Shown piece after piece: positions 8,314 through 20,390 of a stretch of 53,605 nt of DNA (its first letter is position 1; every line of letters begins with the position of its first letter). The stretch is taken from the IMG/VR virus record IMGVR_UViG_3300032007_000013, one strand, 5' to 3'. The stretch is from a virus (lineage: Duplodnaviria; Heunggongvirae; Uroviricota; Caudoviricetes). The notes beneath the pieces were generated by a model. That model made no database searches. It saw nothing but the letters and a program-made list of their open reading frames with translations, and was not told where the DNA came from. The position numbers and the translations under genes were made by a program.

Positions 8314-10751
8314 ATGAAATACTGTGTTACTCTTGGTTATGAAGTTGAAGTGGAAGCCGACACCCGCGAAGAAGCCATGGACGCCGCTGTCTTGGCTTTC
8401 AGCGAAGATACGCACCCCGATGTGTATATAGCATTCATCGATCCGCTGGAAAATGAATAATTTTCCAGCCGCCCGGGCGTTTTATTTCAAAAATTTTAAG
8501 TAATTTTGGCACTTGACAAATAACTCCTCTTGTATTATACTATAATTGTTCCAAGAGATAAAAAGAAAGGAAGTAAATAAAATGACACGTAAGGAAATTA
8601 TTAGCTATTTGTGCGGGCATCCTGGCTCTCCTCTTGATGATTCTCCAGTCGTGAGGGAATTGGAAAAAGATGAGATGATTGAATGCCGTAATGGGAAATT
8701 TTATCTTACTCCTATAGGTTGGAGAATTGCTATGTGGAAATGGGAGGTATAAAAAATGGATAAGAATAATTATCTTTTTATTTGTGTTTTGAAAATTCTT
8801 AAACACCGTGTTGAGAACGCGCATTCTCCGCAGACAAAGAGCGCTTTGATTTTCGCTCATAACCTTTTGGTCTATGCGCTTCGTAATGATACTACCGCTA
8901 TTGATGCGGCAATGAAGAAGGAGGGTTTATAAAATGTGGATTCGTGATTGGGATGAAATGAGATTTGATTCTGAGGAAGAGGCATTTGGAGATGCCTGTA
9001 TGGAAATGCTTACCGATGGAGCGACTGTGGATTATCTTAAACCTTGGATTAGTTATGACACTCTTCTTGATTGGGCTATGAAGCAAGATGGCTTTTTTGA
9101 CCATTTTGAAGATGATTTTTCTAAAGCCCAGCGAGATTATTTTGAAGACTTTTATTTTGAAATTGAGGATGATGAAAATGAAAACGGTGAATGTGAGAGC
9201 GAGAGTGACTTATGATTATCAGGTAGAAATTCCTGATGATGAAGAGGGATGCGCTATGACTGATATTGCAAGTTATTGTGATGGAAGTGATCCAGTGTAT
9301 TCTGCTATGTGTAAGTTAATGGAAAATACAGGTATCCAATGGGAAGGTGAACTTCTTTCTATTGTTGATGAAGATACTGATGAAGTGTTATGGTGCGGCG
9401 AGTAAGTCGCACCTAACTGCCCGGGCGCACAAATAGGTATTGACAATTATCAGTAGATGTGTTATAATAATTGTAGAAAATAAAAGGAGTAATTATTATG
9501 ACAAGACAAAAGAAAATCCAAAAGGAAATTGAAATTGAATCTTTTATCTATCATTTCATTAGACGTGCGGGAACTTTTGATTATTGGCTTGACGACTATT
9601 GGCTGTTCCCGCAGGTGGCGTATTCTTGCAAGTGCTCATTGAGTTTAGTAAGAAAAATTTTCTTTAAGAAACTTTATCCTGATGAAAAATTTCGTGAGTG
9701 GTTAACTAATTTTGAGTATTGACAAACCATTCAAAGTGTGCTATAATAATTATAGAAAACGGAAAAGGAGAACAAAAAATGAAGTTTTATGATTTTCTTT
9801 TTGAGCTGACCGAAGATAGTGATAATGAAGGCGAGCAGATTCTTTGTGAGGAAACCACACTTGACGCGGCGTATAATTGTCTTGTCAATATGTATGGTTT
9901 CGAGTATAAGGAACTGCGCTTCATTGAGCAGATGGAGACTTGGGAGGGCGAACTTCTTGGCCTTGATACTTATTAAGAGGTGATTAAAAATGATCAAATG
10001 GTTTTTCGGAAATACTCCTTTTGAATGTCAAATTTATACCAATAAATCTCCTACTTGGTATTGGCCTATATCAGAATATTATGAATTTGATTCATACAAA
10101 TGGTCTGTTGGACTCGGTAAATACACTTTTTGTTGGGCTTTACCAAAATTAGGTAAAGACTATGTAATTACCCCTTGTGGAGATTATGTCTGGAAAAATC
10201 AAGATAATTGGAAAGACGCAAAATTACTTTGGGATATAGGGTTAAGAGGAAAAGAATAAAAGGTTATTGACAAATTCTTTTTAATCTGATATACTATAAT
10301 TACCAAAAGAAAAGGAAAAATAAAAAATGAAAATTTTTGAACGTTTTGAAGATGCTAACAAGGTTTGGCGACTTAACTATACTTTCTTTCAGTTGCCTTG
10401 GTGGGTATGTGTAGAAGCATACATTAGAAGTTTAATAAGGGGCGTTAAATAATGAAAGAATACTGGATTGATTTTTCTGGCTATCTGAAAGTGGAAGCAG
10501 AAAATGCTGATGAAGCAGAACGTAAATTCTGGCACGCCGTAAATACTCAATGCGGTTTTTGCGGGCGTGATGGATTCAGTGATGATGTATGGGATTTAGA
10601 CGCCACAGAGGAAGTGTCTGACGATATTTATAATGGGTGGCACAAAGAAAATGTCGTTGATTTTCTTCTTGACAGAGAAGATAAACCGACCTTTGAAAAT
10701 CCCAATGCTCCCAATTTACAAGACATAGAAGACTTTTGGAATGATAAATAA
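8314..10751 (+). other. Run of about ten small acidic hypothetical early genes (e.g. 8314-8460, 8582-8752, 8934-9215, 9498-9722, 9990-10259, 10452-10751)
   Basis: Closely packed + strand ORFs with GGAGG-type RBSs, all ending TAA/TGA. Confidence 0.65.
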
Positions 10752-11851
10752 GGGGTGTATTATTATACACCCCCATGAATAATGCCCGGGCAAATCGGCC
10801 CGGAGACGCTAGCGTAGGGCCGAACTTCAATTATATCATATTTTAGGAAAATTGTCAAGTAAAATATTGCACAAAATTTGGTTTACATAATATCCCGAAA
10901 CTGCGCACTTTGCTACGCTAAATCGCTACCGCTTTAGCACGCTAAATCGCTACTGTATTAAAGCCCGACCGCTAGGTCTTGACAAAATCGTCGGATTGTC
11001 TAAAAAAGTGTGCATATGCGACTCGATTTTAAACAAAAGTTGGCCTAATTTAACCGGTCGGGGCCTCTCGCTAACCGCATATGCGATTGATTTCAAAACA
11101 AAAGTGGGTTTAAAACCAGTATATAAAAAATTTTAACTAGTTTTTTTATCAAAAAAAACTAGTTTTTTTGCATTTTTAAGTAGTTTTAACTTGTTTTTAC
11201 TTAGTTTTGCGGCGTTTTTGGCTAGTTTTATCTCGAAAAAACACCACTTTTTTCGCCTATTTTTGGCGAAAAAAGCCGGCCGGGAACTTGACTTTCAAAA
11301 AAAAATTTGATATAATATCAAAAAAAACCATTTTTTTTTAGGCCGCACGCCCGGGCAATAGCACTATTTAATTCTATTCCAGAAGCCAAAATTAAAGGTT
11401 AAATTGCCTCGCATCAAAAAAAACTAACACGAATTCATCAGTCTACTTTTAAAAGTCGTACAATAAACAAGAATTATGCCAGGCATACGAGTTCCAAGAG
11501 GAACGGATGAAGGGAAAAGTGGCATATGCGGCCTTTAAATAAATAAAAGTTTTTATTTTATAATTGACAAATATAAAATAATATGATATAATATAAAAAA
11601 AAGACATTTTAAATGAGGAGCCACGGATTTAATTCTATTTGCCTCGCATAAAAATTTTCGTTCTTATTTTTAATAACTCTACTTTTAACTTCCATAGACA
11701 AAACAAGACTACAACTGACAACATGACTCCGGAGCAAACGAGAAAATTTTGAGCCGGCCGGTTTGGCTATGTATAAAAAGTATTGATTTGAATTTTTTTA
11801 AAAAAAATGATATAATATATATAGAAAATAAATAAAGGAGAATTTCTTTTA

Positions 11852-12265
11852 ATGAACAATTCACTTAATGTAAATTATAATTTTGATGATATCGCAAAGT
11901 ATCTACGTGATGGTGGAGATGCTACTAAGTTGGCTCAGGCTTTTGCTGATACTTTGAATGAAGCACTCGCTCAGGTCCAGAAGGAGAATAAGTTGGATGC
12001 GAAGGCGACTGAGTTTGCCGATGCCTGGAATGCTTATATTGATGAGTATTTTAAGACTCACGATGTTCCGGATAACTGTGTCGTAGCAGATATGTATCTT
12101 AATGATAGGGATGTCACTTATCTAATGGAGCAGGTTTTGAAGTTTTTTATTCCTTTACTCGATAAGTTGAATGGACTTTTTGAGGTCGGTGCGGAACAGG
12201 TATCCAAGAGTAAGAATAAGGTAGAAAGTACCGTAGACAAGTTCTTTGATAAGTTTGGTATCTAA
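11852..12265 (+). CDS. Hypothetical protein
   Basis: 137 aa, AAGGAG RBS, own promoter. Confidence 0.75.
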   Translation: MNNSLNVNYNFDDIAKYLRDGGDATKLAQAFADTLNEALAQVQKENKLDAKATEFADAWNAYIDEYFKTHDVPDNCVVADMYLNDRDVTYLMEQVLKFFIPLLDKLNGLFEVGAEQVSKSKNKVESTVDKFFDKFGI

Positions 12266-12469
12266 GTGCCGGAATTAGTTTTAATTGTGTACCTTGAAAT
12301 TTGACAAATTTAATTGCCGTTAAATAAGAAACGAAGATGAACTCGTATTTCTACTTATAAATGCTGTAGAATTGAGTTGGACAAAGTGGGAATACGAGTT
12401 TTTTAGAAACGGTTGACGGCAACGGCAAAAAACTCAAGGCCAAGATAAACCGGGCGGGCCAGGCTTAAA

Positions 12470-13090
12470 ACACAACGCCACTCAATATAATATAATAATA
12501 TAATATAGTAATATAATAATATAATAACGCAATACAATATAATATAATAACACAATGGCACGCCACGCAATATAACAATACAATATAATATGTAATATAC
12601 TATAATATAATATACTACTCTACCATTGTTATGTAGTATATTAACAACTCAACACCACATATAAATCATTAAATAAAATTCAAATATAATTAGGAGTAAT
12701 CCTATTTATATATATAGCAAAACCGTAAAAACAAATAGTAGTTTTGAGATTCCTTTCTACCTTTCACTTTTACTTCCCAAAAGTGAAAGGATTTTTTATT
12801 TTCATTTCATTTTTTGGAACCCCTACTATTTTTCATTTCATTTTTCAAAAAGCCCTCTCGCCAATTTTTCATTTCATTTTCTAAAACCTCTATTTCCCCC
12901 ATTCCCAATAGCCCCCTCGCCGCCAATACTCCCCGTTCGCAAATATGATTTATATTATTTTATTATTATTTCTTTATAATTATTACTTATTTTATAATTA
13001 TTATTATACTATTTAATATTATATATAATATAATACTATATAATAATATAAATCTTTAATATATATTAAATAAAAAATATATATATTATA
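12470..13090. other. Very AT-rich low-complexity tracts (candidate unwinding element) with 3x TTTTCATTTCATTTT
   Basis: (AAT)n-like runs at ~12480-12620 and ~12950-13090. Confidence 0.5.
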
Positions 13091-13096
13091 TTTCTC

Positions 13097-13544
13097 CGGA
13101 AAAATTTACCGAATCTTGGTGAAAATGCCTGTTCCAACGACCGCATCTACTAATTCCAGACCAACTTTCGGTAAATTTTACCGTTTCTCCGGTCGTAAAT
13201 TCGGTAAAAATTACCGTTTTTGTGATACGTAAATGCGGTAAAATTTACTGCTTTTCCGAGTGTAAATACGGTAAAATTTACCGAATCTAAATGAAAATGC
13301 TAAAACGGTAAAAATTACCGCTTTTACGGTCGCAAATTCGGTAAAATTTACCGAATTAAATGATTCTTCCCAAATTTTGGTGATAAAAGTATTAATTCGG
13401 TAAAATTTACCGTTTTTCCGGGCGTAAATGCGGTAAAATTTACCACTTTTAATATTAACTTTCGGTAAAATTTACCGCATTTCCGGTCGCAGTTTCGGTA
13501 AAAATTACCGCTTTTCCGTTCGTATAAAACGGTAAAAATTACCG
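13097..13544. repeat. Iteron-like array: 12 copies of the palindrome CGGTAAAWTTTACCG, mostly 32-34 bp apart
   Basis: Starts at 13097, 13169, 13202, 13236, 13269, 13306, 13339, 13398, 13431, 13463, 13496, 13530. Confidence 0.9.
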
Positions 13545-13576
13545 TATTTACGACCGGCTTTATTTTTACCAATTTA

Positions 13577-14017
13577 TCAAAATGTCTAAACTCGTCTTAA
13601 CTCTCCATCGCTCAACCGCACGACATCTTCTTCTATCCATTCAGCATCTTTGTCAACCTCATAACTCAATATAACCTTCAACTTATCCTTCTCATAAGTC
13701 TGCGGCACCTCATCAAATCTATATCCATTACCAGAAATCTAAACGAGATATCCTTTATTCTCCAATCCCTATCTGGCTTCACGCCAACTTTTATCACTAC
13801 CCCCGAATTCCTCAATTAAAGCCTATGGACTAAAAGCCCAACCGTTATCGTCTTTAATCCTATGACAATAAATCCATAAATAAACTTCAAAAGGCTTACA
13901 TTCTTTCACAACTTTCTCAAATGCTGCCGCACTTAATCTATAATAATGATGTGTCGCATCTTTTAAAGTCTCATATCCTGGGTAAATAATCTTTGAATTT
14001 CTATAAGTCGTCGCCAA
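13577..14017 (-). CDS. Winged-helix protein, candidate replication initiator (code 15; 4 in-frame TAG)
   Basis: TTG start; reads through TAG to ..WREARQGLENKGYLVQISGNGYRFDE..; lies next to the iteron array. Confidence 0.6.
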
Positions 14018-14019
14018 GA

Positions 14020-14196
14020 TTATTGCCCCCTCTTCGCAAGGACTTCCGCAAATGCTTCTTCAAGAGCATCACTTTCCTCAAAAGCCCAAGCCAAATACTT
14101 TGGATTAGTAGGATTCGGGAATGACTCTATTGGACGAAACCCTTTCTCCAATAGACCTAACATAATTTGTTTTGAAAATATAATTTTTTGTTTCAT
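14020..14196 (-). CDS. Small DUF5659-like protein
   Basis: MKQKIIFSKQIMLGLLEKGFRPIESFPNPTNPKYLAWAFEESDALEEAFAEVLAKRGQ; RBS; not in the ORF track. Confidence 0.55.
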   Translation of the reverse strand: MKQKIIFSKQIMLGLLEKGFRPIESFPNPTNPKYLAWAFEESDALEEAFAEVLAKRGQ

Positions 14197-14598
14197 TTGT
14201 TATTTGTTCCCTTCCTTTACTACTATTTATCAGTAGTTTTACTGTTTTTACTTACTGCGGCTCTATACATACGGAAACCTTTTCTAACTATACTAGCCAT
14301 AGATACATCATGCTTATCACAGTATCGCACTAACCAGCCATACTCTTCCGTAGTTAATTTCACTGATATCTAATGAACTTTCTTATCTTCCAAAAATGTT
14401 TCAGTCCTTTCCAATGCGGATTTAGGTATGTCTTTAAAGGTCTTAGACATACCAAAAAAGATAGGCATTTAAACCGCCTAAAAAGTTGTAAAATTTTAGT
14501 ATATTTCATTTTAACAAAATATACAGATTTTCATATTGAATTTTATAAAAAAATATTATATAATATACATAGAAAAAATAACAAAGGAGTAATTTGTA

Positions 14599-15071
14599 AT
14601 GAACGCAAATAAAAATTATAAGAGTTTTTCGCTACCCGGTGGTGGTGTTCTCCGCATTAACAAAGACAAAATTGTTGCGACAATTAGTTCTGCTACTAAT
14701 AATTACATTGAAATTTATTGTAGCGACACCGCAATTCCTTTCCGTATTGAAGCAAATAAACACTCTCCCCAGGAAATTATAGATTGTATCTGGGAGAATC
14801 ATGATCTCGATGGAGGTATGTAAAAATGAAGTTTTTCTATTGCGAAGTTACTTGGTATGATGACTATACTGACCAAACACAAGAAGATAAAGTATTTATT
14901 TTCGCTGCTAATTATCAGGATGCTTGCTGCCAATTAAGTGTTCAGTTCCCTGATATTAGTAAAATTAATATTGAATTAGTAAATGATGATACTGGTGGTA
15001 CTAGTATTCTCTTTATTGAGGGTAATGATGAAGACATGGTTCAGTCAATTAAAAATTCCAATACATATTGA
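14599..15071 (+). other. Two small hypothetical genes (14599-14823, 14826-15071)
   Basis: RBS-led adjacent ORFs. Confidence 0.6.
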
Positions 15072-15420
15072 GCAATGCTAGTTCTGCGGTAAAGAATATC
15101 CAGGAGTAAGTCTAGTAGCAACCAACCTTGAGGACAAAATTCTATTTCTTTGTCCTCAATGTTATGGTTTAATTGGGAACTGTAATTCTTGTATCCATGC
15201 CGAAACTTGCGGGTTCCAGGCAGACCATAGCGAACCGCATTAGGTTTCACAAACAATTAGACAAGGCCCAATGATTATGAATGTCCAGGTGAAGAATCCT
15301 CATTTGGTCGAGAAATATTGTTCGATTTGTCATTGTCAGACGGCAACTGAATGTCAACGGGAGAAAGATACGGGACTTCATTGCCCGAACTACAAAATAA
15401 AACCAAACTTGCTCCGATAA
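15025..15420 (+). CDS. Cys-rich zinc-binding hypothetical protein (code 15; 2 TAG)
   Basis: C-[TAG]-F-C and several further CxxC motifs. Confidence 0.6.
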
Positions 15421-15513
15421 TTTCATATTATTATATCATATTTATATATCTTTGTCAAAATTTGCTAAAAAAGAAAAAATTTGATATAATAATATGATAA
15501 AGGAGTTGGTATA

Positions 15514-16221
15514 ATGAGTAAAATAGTTGATTTAACAAATCAAAAAATTGGTAATTTAAAAGTTTTATATTTAGATAATAATTGGTATAAAGACGGTAGA
15601 AAACATTGGATTTGTTAGTGCGATTGTGGTAATATTTGTTCTATTTCTAGTAGTGTATTAAGAGATAAAAAACGAAAAACTTATTCTTGTGGTTGTCAAA
15701 ATAAAATTGAAGATTTAACTAATAAAGTATTTGGAGAATGGACTGTATTAAAATAGGACACTAATCATAATAGAGAAATTTATTGGATATGTCAATGTAG
15801 TTGTGGAAATATTAAATCAGTAAGTGGAAAATCATTAAAAGATTCACGTTCTTAGTCTTGCGGTTGTAAAAAACAATCTCATGGAGAAAAGAAAATTTTT
15901 GATATATTAAAACAAAATAATATATTATTTGAATAGCAAAAAATATTTAAAAATTGTTTTAATGAATCTTCTTTACGATTTGATTTTTATTTACCAGATT
16001 ACAATACTTGTATTGAATATGACGGTGAATAGCATTTTCAATCAATTCCTTTATGGGGTGGAACAGAAGCATTAGAAAAACAATAGTTAAATGATAATAT
16101 AAAAAATAATTTTTGTTTTACAAATAATATATTTTTAATACGTATTCCATATACTCATTTTAACAATATAACTATAAATGATTTATTACCTACTTCTTCT
16201 TCTTTTGTAATTAATAATTAA
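15514..16221 (+). CDS. Homing-type endonuclease: two WxCxCxCG repeats plus a C-terminal Vsr/DUF559-like domain (code 15; 6 TAG)
   Basis: WIC*CDCGN, RFDFYLP, IEYDGE*HF, RIPY. Confidence 0.85.
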
Positions 16222-16817
16222 CTTTCTTTACTACAAAATAAAATAATAGATGCTCCTAAATAATTACCAATCATTACTTCAAAAATTTGTAATAATTGCC
16301 GCATCCCCATATTATGGGCTAGCATATAATAGAAAAAGTCTGCTATACAGTGTTCGCTACCCGTTAAGATAAATACCATTACTGGTAAAATGACACCAAT
16401 AGCAGATTTATCTTTCTTATAATTTTGGACAGCAATCTAGATGCATGAGCCACAAATAGCACCTGCGGCAATATGCTAATACCATAATCTAGCATTACGG
16501 GCTGCCGCAATATTAATAGCAACATCATTTGTAGCAGAATGAGTCATAAAATTAGTTAAAAGTGCTACTATAACTATCCCCAAAAAATTAAGATTAGCCA
16601 TTAAAATTAATTCTACTAAATTATATATAAAGTCTTCATCTTTACGATATATTCTACCAAACTGACCAGTTAATAATAAATACTAATTTACACAAATACT
16701 AAATAATCCAGTAGCAAAAAGTAGAGAGCCTAACCAGCCTCCACCAACCATTATATTAGCAAGTGCCCCAAGCCCTATAAGAATGCCGGCTCCAAGGCAT
16801 CTTCTTTTAAGAAACAT
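16218..16817 (-). CDS. Formate/nitrite transporter (FNT) family channel (code 15; 3 TAG)
   Basis: 199 aa, hydrophobic; AGILIGLG, LFATGL, FILTGSEHCIADFFY, GNYLG motifs. Confidence 0.8.
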
Positions 16818-16931
16818 TTAATCACATCCTTCACTAATTATTTTACAAAATTTTTTAGAGATAGTCAAATTTATAAAAGAGTAAATAAATTTGCCCCGAT
16901 TTTTATTTGGCTATGGAAAGGAGAACCCTTT

Positions 16932-19831
16932 ATGATGATGTTTTCATTCTTGAAAGATTTTCTTTCAATTCTATTTTAGTTAGTCGCAATTCCTATTAAA
17001 AAATGGTATCATTTGTGTATCAAAGGTGAATATTTAATTGATGATGACCATACAGAAAAATTTATTGCCTTCTTAACAAAAATAGCACAAGACCCAAAAT
17101 ATCAACCAACAGAAGACGAACAAGAATTTGAACAGGACTTAATTGAAGGTCATTACCAAATTATTGAAGAAGACCCCGAATTAACAGAAGAAAATTATCG
17201 GTATGAGGACCAAAGACAAAGATACGCCATAGAAGGATTGCGTTTTATACAAGAATATGCGAGAATCAAGGAAGATGAATAAATCTTTCCTTGATTTTTT
17301 TATAAAAAAATGTTATAATATTTATAGAAAAATAAGAAATGAGGAATTTTTTATGGGTGTTGATTATAGAGTTTTCTATGGATATGGCTATGAAATTTCT
17401 AATGAAAAAGCATTTAATCTTACTCCTGAAAAATATGATGAATTAATTGATAGTGATTATACCCAATTTTTAGATGGATATAGCGATGAACGTAGATGTT
17501 TTTTTGGAATAACTTTAGCTATTGTCCCTGGATGTGATATGTATAAAGTACCAGTTATCGACGATATTGATTATAATAATTTTAAAGATATGATTAATGA
17601 ATATAAAAATATTTTTAATGAACCGCCTGAAATGGCTAGTCATTATGTAGGATTTGCGGTGACATAATTATGATGAAATTAACCAGTTTGAAACGTAAAA
17701 AGTATCAACGATATATTAATAAAATAGTCCGTAAGTTAAATCAAAATATTAAAAATGATTGGGTTTGGAATGCTAGGTTCACCGTTCATCAAAAGCAAGC
17801 TAGATTCCATATCTATTATGATAATAGCGGCGCGCAATTATATGTTCTACTAGAATGTAAAGATAATAAAACAAATAAAACTACTACTTCTTGGTTTGAA
17901 ACAAGCCTTTTTGTAGAATCTAAAATTTGGTATTGGGTCAATCAGTGTATTGTAGAAAATTTTAATGTATGGGCGGAAGACCCCAATCCATTCGAACAAG
18001 CCAAGTTAGAAGGTAGAAATCCACCCATATTTAAACTTTAAGGAGATTGGCAAAGCATGAAGTATATATATGTTGATGATTTGCGGCCTACCCCTGCTGG
18101 TGATATCTATGACGAACATTTTAAAACTGTAAACGATACTCTTAAATATATTCGTAATGCTTATAAAGCAGGAACTACTAATTTCTTCCTTGACCTTGAC
18201 CATGATGCTAGTGATATTTATTCTCCCGAGGGTGGAGATTATATTGAGATTCTTAATAAATTAGAGTCTCTTCATGATTCTGGCAAAATGCGGCATATTA
18301 AACTAAAAGTACATTTCCATTCTGGTAATGCTGTTGGTATTGCTAATATGAGAGCAATCGTAGAACATAATCATAAATGGATGGAGGAAGTGTAATGAAT
18401 CAAAATATTTTTTGTGATATGTGTGACTTAATCGCTGATATTATGGATTTAGAAGATAATGCTCCTGATACTAATATGGACCATCTTTGTGCCAATGAAG
18501 CATGGATTCTTCTTCGTAAGATGACTGAAAAGAAGTGTAAAGAGATTTATGAAGATTACGAAAGCGTTGCGGAAGAAGTTCTCGATTGTGTAAATGGCGT
18601 TATGAAATGCGGTTCTGTCTGGAATACAAAACTTAATGAAATTTTTGAATCTTATGATGATATTTATGATTTCTTTTTTAGATGCGATATGGAGGGAAAA
18701 CATGATGACAGATAAACTTTATGGTTATTATATTGGAGATAATCTAAAATTTATTTCTCCTGACAAAGATTTACTTCAAGAAATCTTAGTAGATGATTAT
18801 TTTGATTTTGCTTACTACACTTATAATCTTCATTGTCATGCCGCAAACACACGATATAGGTTCCGTCCAAAAGATGCTATTTCTTTTTGGAAAGCAGAAA
18901 AAGAATATCCTTTTTTAAGTGAACAATATATTATGAATTTGAAAAATTATTATATTGAATAATTAAAGGAGAAAATATGTATATTCTTTTAATTAATGAT
19001 AAAATTACTTATGCTTCGGATAACAAAGAATTACTTCAAGAGATAGTAATGGATAGTTATTTTGATACAGAATATGAGCAATGGTTAATTTATTGTTTTA
19101 CCTTACCATTTAATTTGCCATCCTTAACTAAATATTATACTCCACAAGAATGGTGGAAAAAATTTGCGGCTCCTATGGCAACTTCTGCTTATGAAATTAT
19201 AAATTTGGAGGATTATTATATTGAATAATATTTATATTTTATATAAACTAGAAAAACGAGCAGAAACGACTGATACTCTTCTATATTATGCTAGTTATGA
19301 TAAAGGATTGCTGGAAGAAATTCTTTTATCTATTTGGGAAGAGGCAAAATATTTAATTTGGAATTATCCTGATAATCCTACTGATAATCAATGGAGAAAA
19401 GATAGTCTGAATTCTTATATTGAGCAGTTTGGAATTACTAGTATTCCCGAGATAAGATAATCCTATAAATAATATTAAATATAAGGAGACTAATTATGAG
19501 CGTTGATGTTGCGGCAAAAATTGGGTGTGGATATATTCTTTCAAGTGATGAATATCAGAATTATATGGATAAAATTAAAAATATAAATGATGCGAATTAT
19601 ATGACACTTGAAGATTATTGTTGTTATATTAATGGTTATGCTGCTGATAGTGATATTTTTTGCGGTCTTATTCTCAATTATACTGATTATTATGAGTCAA
19701 TTAGTCTGGATATATCTAGCGAAATCGACCCAAAAGATTGGGAAAATTTTATGAATATATTCAAGAAAGAACTTCCAGAAATAGCAGCATCAGAAATCCC
19801 ACAGATGTATTTAATTTGTGAATGGCGATAA
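16932..19831 (+). other. Operons of small hypothetical genes; 16932-17282 needs TAG read-through
   Basis: Overlapping start/stop junctions, RBSs. Confidence 0.65.
18057..18395 (+). CDS. Cyclic-phosphate-processing receiver-like domain protein
   Basis: YVDDLRPTP, LDLDHD, HFHSGNAVGIANM motifs. Confidence 0.65.
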   Translation: MKYIYVDDLRPTPAGDIYDEHFKTVNDTLKYIRNAYKAGTTNFFLDLDHDASDIYSPEGGDYIEILNKLESLHDSGKMRHIKLKVHFHSGNAVGIANMRAIVEHNHKWMEEV

Positions 19832-19931
19832 GTTAAAGGGGCAATTTGTATTGCCTCTTTAATTTTTTAATTGAAAATTTAAAAAAAATATTATATAATA
19901 TTTATAGAAAATAAGAAATGAGGTATTTTTT

Positions 19932-20390
19932 ATGAAATATTATTTCTCTCACTTTGGCGTAAGTGTTCCTAAAACTCTTAATGACAATTTAAATAATTGG
20001 ATACAGAAATACTTTCATTTCAACGGACTTACTTTCTTATACAATAAAGAATCTGGTTATGGTTGGCAAGAGCAGGTTATTTATATAGGGAAAAAAGATA
20101 AATCTATTCATGATGATTTTCGTCAATTTCTTCATGAATATGGTTGTGATATAAATGCTTCTAATTCTGTTTTAACTTTTTTACATGAATTAGGGCATTG
20201 CCTTACTGATAGTAATTATGATGACCTTGAACAAATTATTTTTAAGTTTCAAAAAGAAAGTGTACATAATGCTTTTGATTATTGGCACATTCTTGATGAA
20301 TTTGAAGCAAATATGTTCGTTGTTAATTTTATGAATAATAATCCAGAAGCGGTAAAAGAACTTGATATGATTTTTGAAGGGTGGATGTGA
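19932..20390 (+). CDS. HExxH metallopeptidase-like protein
   Basis: FLHELGH motif with downstream EFEAN. Confidence 0.55.
   Translation: MKYYFSHFGVSVPKTLNDNLNNWIQKYFHFNGLTFLYNKESGYGWQEQVIYIGKKDKSIHDDFRQFLHEYGCDINASNSVLTFLHELGHCLTDSNYDDLEQIIFKFQKESVHNAFDYWHILDEFEANMFVVNFMNNNPEAVKELDMIFEGWM

Larger units (their letters stand above)
120..11356. repeat. 13 dispersed copies of the palindrome GCCCGGGC, usually followed by TTGTTAA..TAAC and a sigma-A promoter
   Basis: Copies at 120, 1477, 2422, 3069, 4055, 5145, 5938, 6303, 7293, 8471, 9419, 10784, 11349; all intergenic; none seen after 11.4 kb. Confidence 0.9.

Noticed and set aside
120-11356. GCCCGGGC as the target of the window's own R-M system
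   Set aside because: No evidence links them; CCCGGG also occurs inside genes (~20845, ~26590), and specificity cannot be read from the partial DPPY methylase.
13097-13544. CRISPR array
   Set aside because: Repeats are 15 bp, spacers about 17-19 bp and similar to each other, no cas genes or leader; helical phasing fits protein-binding iterons.
15514-16221. TAG-interrupted genes as pseudogenes or sequencing errors
   Set aside because: TAG recurs at conserved Gln positions across many unrelated genes with no TAA/TGA interruptions.
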